NCBI GenBank assembly: GCA_001599295.1
Contig: BCGN01000002.1
Coordinates: 1,612,001 to 1,676,000 of the forward strand
Direction of reading: 5' to 3'
Length of the DNA stretch: 64,000 bases
Source: Sporopachydermia quercuum
Lineage: Eukaryota
Positions 23,327 to 32,605 of the stretch are shown here, piece by piece (the stretch's first letter is position 1; each line of letters begins with the position of its first letter). The position numbers and the translations under genes were made by a program. The notes beneath the pieces were generated by a model. The model had not been told where the DNA came from, ran no database searches, and saw only the letters and a program-made list of their open reading frames with translations.

Positions 23327-26300
23327 TTAAGAACTGACTATCGTTGAGTGTGAATGTGATGACTGTGCTTGTGCCTGTGACTGCGAAAGTCTCTCTGGTT
23401 TCTCAGGTTTATGAGATCTATTGTTTTTTCGTGATTTTGAAGGTCCCGACCCTGATGTTGATGTTGATCCGATATATTGATTGCTGTCATTAGAATACAT
23501 ATGTGAGGATTTTCTGTGTTTCTCTGTTTTTTCCTGTCCATCATTGTTACCGTTTGAACTGTTGGCTACTTTTGATGACTTATTACGCTTCTTCTGAGTT
23601 GGTCTGCTCTTCTCCCTTTCCTTATCTTTTTCTTTGTTTTCACCTCTGTCACTACCATTAACTTTACTTCTATTTTCCTGTTTGAACACTTTTCGAAGTC
23701 TAGCAAGTTCTCGTTCTTCCGCATCTTGTTTCTCTTTCATTTCTCTTTGAACTCTTTCGGATTCCGCACGCCACCAAAGCTCAAACTGTTCTTCAGCTCT
23801 GATTTCAGCAAAACTTGGAACTGCTTCCGTCTCCTCTTTCTTTTTCTGAGCTTTTCGCTTTTCTTCTTCTACAATTCGTCTCATTGATGGGATCGTTTGA
23901 ATTGGCTTTGGGTTAGAAGCCCAGGAGAATGGAGAACTATTGTTACTTTTCGACACAGTGGAGGATAATCCATTGGAAGTAATAGCTCTTGAGCCAGAAG
24001 CAAGACCAGAGTTAGAATCATTTGAAGTTGAACCTGTTGCTTTTTCCTCACGCATCATTTTTCTTCTTTCCTTTTGCGAAAGCTTTTTGCTTGGCAAGAT
24101 AGAAATTGCAATCTCTTCACTAGGTACAGCCAATTCTATCAAAGGCGAAGAAGATGCTGAGAAATTAGAAGGAGTGCTAGAAATTGGTGAAGATGAGACA
24201 ACTGCAGCAAACGAAGCAGCTTTGTTGGATACAGAGGGTGTACGCGGATGATTAAAACTAGAACTACTGATCGGAATTGCTATTGGTGATGAGGCAGTTG
24301 ATAAAGTAGCCGAAGCAGCCGAAGTTCTATGAACAATAGGTGTCACTGGAGGTATCAATATACTAGGAGACGATTGAACAATAGTAGATTTGTCACGATT
24401 GCTGGATCTTCTTCTCCTTCTGCCAGATTGAACCTTTATAAAGCTATCGTCAGTATCTGTAGCGAATGTGTCCTCATACTGAGGACCATTATTTTTATTT
24501 CCCGGAGATTTTGATGGCGTAGAAGCACTCAGGCTATTCACACTTGGACGTCTACTAGAACCAAATGACTGAGATTGCTTCATACCTGTAGAATGTTTTC
24601 TGTTTTTTATTGAGTACTGAATTGATCCCGGAATCATATCTTCAGATGCATAAATTGCATTCAAACCCATATTTTGATGAAGAAATATTGGCAGTAGCTT
24701 TTTGTCCTTATTAGTGAATAGCTCATGGTAAGTATTCGGTAATTTCCAAGGAGTCTTGAGAACTTCACTATTGAAATTGAAATATTTTCTGACCCCATTG
24801 TCAATCTCTGTCCATATATTCATGTCAATATCGGTTAGAAATCCGTTTAACAGTAGACATTCGACGTTATTATAAATATAAAATAAGCAAGCTTCTTCTA
24901 ACTTATGAGCTTGATAGAAGTATGCCTCTTGCAACATTGAAACGACATTTCTTGCATGTATGAAATCTGCTAAAATAGCTTGACATCCATCTTTCAATTC
25001 TAATAGTAGCAATTCATCGGCAATAGCTAAAACAGAGAAAACTAGAGAAACAAATTCAGAAAAATGTTTCTTTTCTTTCCCATTATCAGCATCACAGAAA
25101 TTGTCAAATAGTCCAGTTAATTCTGCTCCATAAAGATAACGCAGAACAACCATAAAAGGAGTTCTTTCAAATTGAGTCAATTTGATAGTTACTTTAGAAC
25201 TTGGAGTTACATCGGTTTCAGATTTTGTTTCTGCCGCATTATCTATTTCCTCCTCTTCTTCGGTGTATTGCCAGCGGGATGATAACACGGTTTCGAAAAA
25301 AGCGCTTCTTGAAGCCAGAATAACAGAATTAGCTGGAATCTCGACATTATTTGCTAATTCCAACGTAACATCATATAACTCAGGTGATGTAGTGATATCA
25401 TCATCTGGATGCTGGATTAGCTTGCTTAAATGACCGGAAAAGGTGTTTGCTGGTTCCAAAGCATTGTAATGAAGAAATAATAAGGCATGTAAGGATCTCA
25501 TATCCAGCAACTTAGCCAACTGAATAACTTCGGATTTGGCTTCATTTACTTTTCGAACAATCTTCACAGAAGAATTGAATTTGACCCATACATCCAGTAA
25601 TATATCGGTGTATAAAAAATAGAGAAGAATCAGAAATGCTCGAAGATGAATTCCTGAGAATACTAACTCATCATTTTTCCAAACCACATGAATATTTCCT
25701 TCTGACAATCCTTTACCTTTACATTTATTGAACATTTCACATCTACTCAACAGAATTGATTTATGACCTGAAAGGTAGAAATTCTTGTACCCCAGTAAAC
25801 ATATCTTAATATCTGAACCTGGCTGTCTTTCCGAATCAGAAAAACTAAATGTTTCAGGTGTTGCATAAATTACACTCTTTTCCAATTCCAAAAGCCCTTC
25901 AGGAATGTATTCTTTAAGCGATATGGTCTTATCTTCTAATAGTGATGAGCATAACAGAGGTTTCCTAAATGCAACAGTATTGTTTTTCCTTGGCCAACAC
26001 TTTAGATAATTGTTATGAAGAAGATCAGCAGTATCTATCGCATTGGAAGATTCTGAAATTCTAATATCATCAACCATTAAGCCTAGTTCATCTATCTCTG
26101 ATTTTTCCTCCGGTGCAGGTTGAAGGAAATATGGCAAGATATCAGGTGATTCAGGCAAGATGAAACGGATTGTCTCTAATGTTTTCCGATCTCTTCCTTG
26201 CATAGCCACTAAAGGAGAAGTGAAATGCAAGTCATGGAAGAGGGTATCGATGGGAACAGCCAGTGGGGGTAAATCTATGTCATCACGTAAAACAGCAAAC

Positions 26301-28213
26301 GACTGGAAAAGAGGGTCACAAGCTACCCTAGTAGCTTTCGTGAGCACAGGTACTTTGAACAACCTAAGAGTTTTTTCTTTGCTTCCATTTCCGTTGCAAA
26401 TTTCTTCGCTATTTGGAAATGAGGTTAAATGACGGAGAAGTTTTGGTGTTGAATGAGTTAGTAAAAATACACTTCCATCTTTGGTACAAATTATTAAAGA
26501 ACCATCTTTTGCAACGTCAAAGTCAACTACTTCTCTAATAGAACGATGAGATTTCCAAAGAGGCTCTAATTTCACTGATTTCGCAAACTGGGTTGCACTT
26601 AGAATTGTATGGAAATCGTTATGAGAATGCGTAATATGTAGCGATATGCTGAACAAATCACCATTATCACANAAAGCGATGATTGAATTAGAAGACCTAG
26701 CTGCAATTTTTATTATTGGTCTTAGCTTGTGCTGGTTTCTTGGAGTAAATGTATCGAAGATTGTTCTAGAGTCAAAATGGCTGGATTTTTCTATAGGACT
26801 GAGCGATGTTTGACTTGAGCCGGCAATCTTGAAATGAACCCCTTGTGTATAGATAACAATTTCCTTTGAATCCAGCAAGCAAACAGTCGCATGATTAGTA
26901 CAAACGACATTCAAGATTTTGTTATCCGGAAAAGACACCATGGATCTTGGATTGCTTTGGATTTGTCCAGTTATATCAATTTCCGGTCCTTCAGGTTGTT
27001 TGACAGTAATCATCTTTTTATCTCCTGTTGTAACAAAACCCATTTGGCCAATATTGAGACCCCAAGTAAACATCTCAGTTTTCGTATAAGCCACTATATG
27101 GTATTTACTGGTAGCAACACCTATAACAGATCTCTTTTTCAAATCACCAGATACTTTTCTCGGGACTGGGTTTATTGGTTCTGAACCAGATAACCCACCA
27201 CTAAAATCTACTAAATAGCCCAATTGTCCAAAAATATTTGACCCCCAAGTGTAACATTCACCTTTGGCTGTAACAATAACTGTATGATCTTCTGCTAATG
27301 CTACAGATGATACATGTTGGTCTAGAAAAAAATTTGTTGCTTGAAATGTAAATTGTGTACCCCAAGATGATTTCAAAGGGGACGTAGAAGATCCAGTTGT
27401 ATCAGATTTAATTCCTAATCGCCCTTTTGAACCAACACCACACACATATAAATTGTTATACCGATCAGTGGAAAGAAGAGCGGAATGATACTTAGAAATT
27501 GCTATCTGTTTGAATCGTGTAGGTAAATATTTTTCTCGAGGAGTAGAGTCAGACTTGAGAAACCCAATAGCTTTCACTTTTACTTTGTCAGGTGTGCTTC
27601 TATCGTCTGGATCAGCAAATCCTAACGTATAAGTTGAATTTGAGCCAAACATAAATAACTCTGATGCACCACGTTCTTTATTCCACCATTTACTCGATGG
27701 GATACGAGAACACATAGTATTGTCTCTTAGTTTAATATCATTATCGTAACATGAAATTTTTTCTCTGAACCAATACTGATTATCCAAACTAGTTCTAAGA
27801 AAATATAGCTCAAAAGGAGTGTTGAGTTCTCTGTCTGTTATTCGTAAAAGATCATGAGCATTTGGTTGCTCACAAATAAGTTTTGCTAAAGCAATATTGC
27901 CGTAATATAGAGCATAATGCAATGGGGTCCAGCCATTTTCCCAATCTTGTATAGATAAGCTGCAATATGGATTCTCAAGCAAAGCACTGAATATATTAAC
28001 GTCACCTAGAATTGCCAAAATATGAGCAAGCGTTCTTCCCATTCGATCATATTTTTCAACTTCAGCTTTAGGCAAAACAGCAATGGCAGATAGATGACTC
28101 TTTGAGAGAGTGGGTGCTCGTTTCAATAACAACTGCTCAGCTGTCAGTTGGGTCTTCGGGTCCACCAACGTTGACACACTGCATTTAGCATCTATTCCCA
28201 TTCTGTACATCAA
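23327..28213 (-). CDS. Ankyrin-RCC1-BTB protein (IBTK / S. pombe Btb1-like Cul3 adaptor)
   Basis: Ankyrin repeats (GRTLAH, GWTPLHYALYYGN), RCC1 repeats (YTWGSNIFGQLG, FTWGLNIGQMG), two BTB-like segments (GHKSILLSRC, NSVILASRSAFF), and KKLSQKERRK and SFAEIRAEEQFELWWRAESERVQ tail motifs. Confidence 0.88.
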   Translation of the reverse strand: MMYRMGIDAKCSVSTLVDPKTQLTAEQLLLKRAPTLSKSHLSAIAVLPKAEVEKYDRMGRTLAHILAILGDVNIFSALLENPYCSLSIQDWENGWTPLHYALYYGNIALAKLICEQPNAHDLLRITDRELNTPFELYFLRTSLDNQYWFREKISCYDNDIKLRDNTMCSRIPSSKWWNKERGASELFMFGSNSTYTLGFADPDDRSTPDKVKVKAIGFLKSDSTPREKYLPTRFKQIAISKYHSALLSTDRYNNLYVCGVGSKGRLGIKSDTTGSSTSPLKSSWGTQFTFQATNFFLDQHVSSVALAEDHTVIVTAKGECYTWGSNIFGQLGYLVDFSGGLSGSEPINPVPRKVSGDLKKRSVIGVATSKYHIVAYTKTEMFTWGLNIGQMGFVTTGDKKMITVKQPEGPEIDITGQIQSNPRSMVSFPDNKILNVVCTNHATVCLLDSKEIVIYTQGVHFKIAGSSQTSLSPIEKSSHFDSRTIFDTFTPRNQHKLRPIIKIAARSSNSIIAXCDNGDLFSISLHITHSHNDFHTILSATQFAKSVKLEPLWKSHRSIREVVDFDVAKDGSLIICTKDGSVFLLTHSTPKLLRHLTSFPNSEEICNGNGSKEKTLRLFKVPVLTKATRVACDPLFQSFAVLRDDIDLPPLAVPIDTLFHDLHFTSPLVAMQGRDRKTLETIRFILPESPDILPYFLQPAPEEKSEIDELGLMVDDIRISESSNAIDTADLLHNNYLKCWPRKNNTVAFRKPLLCSSLLEDKTISLKEYIPEGLLELEKSVIYATPETFSFSDSERQPGSDIKICLLGYKNFYLSGHKSILLSRCEMFNKCKGKGLSEGNIHVVWKNDELVFSGIHLRAFLILLYFLYTDILLDVWVKFNSSVKIVRKVNEAKSEVIQLAKLLDMRSLHALLFLHYNALEPANTFSGHLSKLIQHPDDDITTSPELYDVTLELANNVEIPANSVILASRSAFFETVLSSRWQYTEEEEEIDNAAETKSETDVTPSSKVTIKLTQFERTPFMVVLRYLYGAELTGLFDNFCDADNGKEKKHFSEFVSLVFSVLAIADELLLLELKDGCQAILADFIHARNVVSMLQEAYFYQAHKLEEACLFYIYNNVECLLLNGFLTDIDMNIWTEIDNGVRKYFNFNSEVLKTPWKLPNTYHELFTNKDKKLLPIFLHQNMGLNAIYASEDMIPGSIQYSIKNRKHSTGMKQSQSFGSSRRPSVNSLSASTPSKSPGNKNNGPQYEDTFATDTDDSFIKVQSGRRRRRSSNRDKSTIVQSSPSILIPPVTPIVHRTSAASATLSTASSPIAIPISSSSFNHPRTPSVSNKAASFAAVVSSSPISSTPSNFSASSSPLIELAVPSEEIAISILPSKKLSQKERRKMMREEKATGSTSNDSNSGLASGSRAITSNGLSSTVSKSNNSSPFSWASNPKPIQTIPSMRRIVEEEKRKAQKKKEETEAVPSFAEIRAEEQFELWWRAESERVQREMKEKQDAEERELARLRKVFKQENRSKVNGSDRGENKEKDKEREKSRPTQKKRNKSSKVANSSNGNNDGQEKTEKHRKSSHMYSNDSNQYIGSTSTSGSGPSKSRKNNRSHKPEKPERLSQSQAQAQSSHSHSTIVSS

Positions 28214-28943
28214 TTTATTTTCAATGGCTATGTTCCGACTCTCTATATTTGCTGTCTCAGTGCTGAATAAGTCAGAACTTCAGTGACTATTGGCCATCTT
28301 GACTAACGATGTCGTTCTTCCGTCTATCTGTTGTGTGATGTAGATTCAATAATAGATTCCCTCAGTTTAATACAAAATAATCCAAAAAAAAACACTCCAA
28401 AATATTATTTTTTAGTATTTCTATTATATTAGTATTATATCTGAGAATCCTATTATAAAAGGAAGGTAATCAATCCAAATCTGGGGCAAGAACTACCTCA
28501 CTTACTATAAGTCTTAAAATTGACTTTATCGTGCAATTCGTTGAGTTAAATGAAGATCGAGCAGACAGTTGACTTTATAGATTAATTCATGGTTTGCACC
28601 ATATAAATACTCAGTAACAATAGAATTTGAGCCTCAAAAACTATATAATAATGAGAAGATATATAATAGTTCCTACCAATACTTTCTATGATATACTCTT
28701 TTGTCATCTTACAAACTCCAAGGTAATAGATACTTTTCTTTGCTTTACCTGGCATGATGGGTAATGAGACAAGATTCCCTTAATAGTTACCCTATTCCTT
28801 CACGTGCTATAAACAATGAATCATTTCATTGTCAGTACTTTACTGATTATGTAACCATAAATGAGTTGGTTGTAATGAGACCCTTATGATTCTGCCGTGG
28901 ATACACGGATGGAGTCTTGTTGAACACATTTATTGCGTAGAAA

Positions 28944-28951
28944 CAGTCACA
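28944..28951 (+). promoter_or_regulatory. Homol D box upstream of the snoRNA host gene
   Basis: Exact CAGTCACA about 300 bp upstream of the first donor; TCACGTG at 28800-28806; followed by a long pyrimidine-rich tract. Confidence 0.55.
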
Positions 28952-29299
28952 GAGACTGATTGTCCGAGACTTTTGGCGGACAGCTTGTTTGTTTCTTGAG
29001 ATTTTTTTATTGAAACTTTTTCACTTCTTGTTTGAGCTTTCCTTTTTGTTGGAATTTTCTTCCTTTCCTCTAACTTTCTTCTCACTGATAACTTTCGGAC
29101 CATTATTTTGTTATTGGTTTTTCAGGCTTGAGTAACAAGTGTTCATTCTTAGTTGGATGGGTCTTGAGTATGAATGGATGTCTTCCGTTAGTATAGACAT
29201 TATTCATCATCCGTAAGCGTAGAGAGATGGATGATATATAGTTCCTGATAAAAGGTAAGAATTGATTGATACTTTNATTTATAAATTGAAATTGATGAG

Positions 29300-29386
29300 T
29301 TTAAATGATGATTGAACAAAACAAAGCTGGAATTACTGGCAGAACTATAGTGTTGAGAACCTTTTGGTACCATACGCCGCTGAAAA
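29300..29386 (+). ncRNA. SNR77: Box C/D snoRNA snR77 (guide for 18S Um578, S. cerevisiae numbering)
   Basis: C box ATGATGA 29305-29311; guide AGCTGGAATTAC complementary to 18S GTAATTCCAGCT; D' CAGA 29340-29343 (fifth nucleotide pairs with U); D box CTGA 29380-29383. Confidence 0.9.
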
Positions 29387-29501
29387 CTAATCAATTTCAA
29401 ATGAATTAGCGAAGATAACTTACTAATTTTGTTTGAGAAAGTTGTGACTAACAATTGCATTAGGTATGGATCATTCTAGTTAAAAAATTTACTTTGTAGT
29501 G

Positions 29502-29587
29502 TTGAGATGAAGACTCTAAGCACTGGGCACCGATACATAATGAGTGATAATGCTTAGTGGGCCTAGAAAACCCACGTTACAGATCAA
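29502..29587 (+). ncRNA. SNR76: Box C/D snoRNA snR76 (guide for 25S Cm2197)
   Basis: C box ATGAAGA 29507-29513; guide AGCACTGGGCA complementary to 25S TGCCCAGTGCT; D' CCGA 29530-29533; D box CAGA 29580-29583; terminal TTGA/TCAA stem. Confidence 0.85.
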
Positions 29588-29748
29588 TTGCAATGGAACA
29601 ATAAATAATAGAATCAAGGTGAAAGTAACCACATTATAGAGCCAGAGATTAACCAATGTTTTAGATGAATGGAAATTGTTTTCTATATGATTGCTATTCT
29701 AAATTGTAAGTATACTGAGAAGTTCTTTCAACCCGCAAGCTTATTTAC

Positions 29749-29836
29749 CAAAGTGATGATATTCTTAGATGACGAGTCGGATGGGTTTCCTACTGACGAT
29801 AAAACTATTTAATTACCATTCATGCATTTCTGATAT
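29749..29836 (+). ncRNA. SNR75: Box C/D snoRNA snR75 (guide for 25S Gm2288)
   Basis: C box GTGATGA 29753-29759; guide TTAGATGACGAG complementary to 25S CTCGTCATCTAA; D' CGGA; second rRNA-complementary element CCATTCATGC; D box CTGA 29830-29833. Confidence 0.92.
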
Positions 29837-29987
29837 TTGTATTTTAATTTGCGAGTTCATTCTGAGTAATTTCAAGAAAAATCGTATTATTAGGAATCAA
29901 AGCTAACCAATAAATTTAGTGTAGAACATTTGTTTTCCAATGTATTGTTTTGGTATGGAATGCTTTAACTAAGCTTCGTTANATAGT

Positions 29988-30060
29988 CGCAGAAGATGAA
30001 CATTTTAAAATTTTGACAAGCATATGTCTGACTATTGATGAATTTTTTATGTCTGATGCG
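29988..30060 (+). ncRNA. SNR74: Box C/D snoRNA snR74 (guide for 18S Am28)
   Basis: Terminal stem CGCA/TGCG; degenerate C box AAGATGA; guide GACAAGCATATG complementary to 18S CATATGCTTGTC; D' CTGA 30028-30031; C' TTGATGA; D box CTGA 30053-30056. Confidence 0.92.
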
Positions 30061-30195
30061 TTTATTTGATGATACTACTAAATCGTTCTAGACCGGACTG
30101 AATTCCCACTTTACAAAGTTCCCTTAGGGAAGTAAATAAGGTAAGCTATTTCGAGAGTATATAAACCTCCATTTGAATATTGAGTAGCTTGTTAA

Positions 30196-30293
30196 ATCGC
30201 ATGATGATCTCTCCACAACTCACGACGGTCAACTGTGTCCGAAATACGGACGTTGATGATAATCAGCCTGTGACAAGGCGTGGAAACTGAATC
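30196..30293 (+). ncRNA. SNR73: Box C/D snoRNA snR73 (guide for 25S Cm2959)
   Basis: C box ATGATGA 30201-30207; guide CTCACGACGGTC complementary to 25S GACCGTCGTGAG; internal GTCCG/CGGAC hairpin; C' TTGATGA; GCCTGTGACA element; D box CTGA 30287-30290. Confidence 0.9.
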
Positions 30294-31108
30294 AAGTGAA
30301 GCCTTATTCATATGGAGTGTGCTTTATTGTATTAGTTTCATGCGTTACAATTTATTAACCATCCGTTAGTTTCCGATGTTCATAACAACATATAACTTCT
30401 GTATATAAATTATTCTACTTGGATTGTAGTCGCTGCCAACAGATATCAATTGTAAGGATTCTCCCATAGAGAATCGTTAGCTTTACTGTAAGGATGTTGA
30501 AACATTGAAGTATTATTTAACATTATATTTCATTCTATTTACGAAATCGCTTAAAAAAAGAAGCTCTGTCTCCCTTTCGACTATAGATTGACATATAGAT
30601 CAACTACTTAGTAATAACACTATTATTCTAACCTTCTCAGTAGTCTCTCCTTTCAGTAATGCATTACTTTATAAGAAGCCACAAATCTTTGAATCCAATA
30701 TCAATTGTCTTTTATAATCTCTATGCGCTACTAAAATCAGAGACAAACACTGCCTGCTCCTTTAATCTACTATCATCAAAATTAGTATCATGTTGCATGT
30801 TAAATTAAATAACTATTCATCCTGTTGCCTCACCTCCATTTCAGCCCTTCATATCTCAATTAGTTTATTTAAGATCTCCAGACACCCCCAATTAATGATT
30901 AGAAATCAACAAAAGAAAAAAAAAGACAACTTCACACTAAATGTGAATTGATTGATTGTAGATTTAAACAATCAGTTTACCTGATATGAAACAAGCAGTT
31001 GGGTTGCAAAAGAACAAATACAATCGCTTTGATTGCATTGTTATTACTTTCAGTAGGCCAGTAATCTGCGAATCATAGTTTCCAGGCTGATAAAACTCTA
31101 CACACACA

Positions 31109-31734
31109 ATGGATTTTGGTACTTCAGTAAGTCAGGATATTAATGCAATAGATATGTGATGTGATGTGATGTGATGGCATATATGTCATGAAATGGAATA
31201 CAGTGGTACCTATACTATTGATTTCTGGGGAACTACAAATTTAAGGATGTACTAACAATATTCAAATAGCTCTCAAGAATGTCATCTTACATTCAGAATA
31301 CGCCGTTTGCAAATATCAGACCAGTGTCTGAGTTTTTGGCACCCACAAGATTGTCAGTCCCATCATTCTTAGTTCTTCAAACTCGAATTCCCTATAATCT
31401 AGGTTATTTTTCATCTAACTATGCGATAATTNTCCTGTTATTGAGTCTTTATGCTCTNCTGACGAATTTATTGTTACTATTAGTACTGACTGTGGCTATT
31501 GTTGGTATTTATGGTATTTCATCTCTTCGTGGAGGTGACCTTACATTCTCAACTGTAAGAATTACAACTAACCAACTATATACAGCATTGTTGATTATCT
31601 GCACACCATTAATACTCATTGCAAGCCCCATTTCAACTTTACTATGGCTTGCTGGAACATCAGCTGTGATAATTTTATTTCATGCAGCATTGCTCGATCG
31701 ACCTGCTCAAACCGCGTTTGCTGATGTTGTTTGA
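31109..31734 (+). CDS. YIP3: PRA1-family Rab-interacting membrane protein; exons 31109-31126 and 31270-31734
   Basis: RPVSEFL, RIPYNLGYFSSNY and LFHAALL PRA1 motifs; intron 31127-31269 GTAAGT/TACTAAC/TAG keeps frame. Confidence 0.9.
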
Positions 31735-31888
31735 TTTACTTTGATTACTACATGTTACACACAATCTACGTATTTCATTAATACAATAAATCATTTTACA
31801 ATTACCCTGTAGTCCCAATAATTTCACAATATCGAAATTGATAGCATGCTCGTAGAACCAAACATATTTATGTTCACCATGCCATTTC

Positions 31889-32605
31889 TCATACGTCTGT
31901 TGATCTTTTAGAATTACACGCGACAATCTTAACCATATCAGCATGAACTTTGTCACCATTGTCTAATTTGAAATCAGCATTCTCCACCAAAAAAATCCAA
32001 ACGTCGTCGCAAAATCTATATGTATGTAAATGTGCCTTAGCTCTCGGTTAGCACATTATTTATTTCCAAGAAACTCTCCGAGATTCCTCCGAACCACCAA
32101 CAATCACATACCTTGAAAGAAAGCTTCGATTTCACCCTTTCACGAAGGGAGTCGGTTACAGCCTTGTCGAACTGTCCTAAGTTAGTANCATCATTCTTCT
32201 ATAGCAGAGCAACATATCAGGGTAAGCATAAACAGAAGTAGAAAATGACCTTAGCCAATACCTGAACATACATTGTGAAGAACCTTCATGGCCAACTGGG
32301 GAGGAATCCTCTCATCCCTGTTCATACTTGTTAGCAAAATGTTCCACCATATACTCTAAAGCTTTCCTACATAACTAACTATCTATCCCAAAGGAAATAA
32401 ACCATACATGATCAAACTATCCAAGGCATCGGTGAGAGCTGTTCCAACACTAGATTTAAAGGTTAATAAGTGCACTCAGCATGACGCACAATTGACTCAT
32501 GACAATTCTGCTCGTAAGCTGCTATCTCTAATTCTTCACATACGTGCTCATACGATACAACTCATAGTTACCAGAACTATTGACTGCTGATAAAGCTTCT
32601 GCCAT
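31889..32605 (-). CDS. TOA2: Transcription factor IIA small (gamma) subunit; exons 32544-32605, 32408-32449, 32272-32317, 32112-32171, 31889-32035 (absent from ORF track)
   Basis: Spliced 118-aa product ...[74 protein letters not shown]...KIVACNSKR; all four introns have GT..branch..AG and phases are consistent. Confidence 0.96.

Larger units (their letters stand above)
29200..30420 (+). ncRNA. Non-coding multi-intron snoRNA host transcript (snR77-snR73 cluster); transcript ends approximate
   Basis: Predicted introns 29255-29463, 29464-29664, 29706-29919, 29953-30091 and 30141-30369. Each has a GTAAG/GTATG donor, a branch-like sequence 10-13 nt before TAG, and one C/D snoRNA. Joined exons have no meaningful ORF. 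Confidence 0.8.

Noticed and set aside
29200..29460. 86-aa minus-strand ORF
   Set aside because: Antisense to snR77 and its intron; no recognisable protein features.
31675..32590. ORF-track entries 31675-31959 (-) and 32408-32590 (+)
   Set aside because: Off-frame or antisense shadows of the five-exon TOA2 gene.
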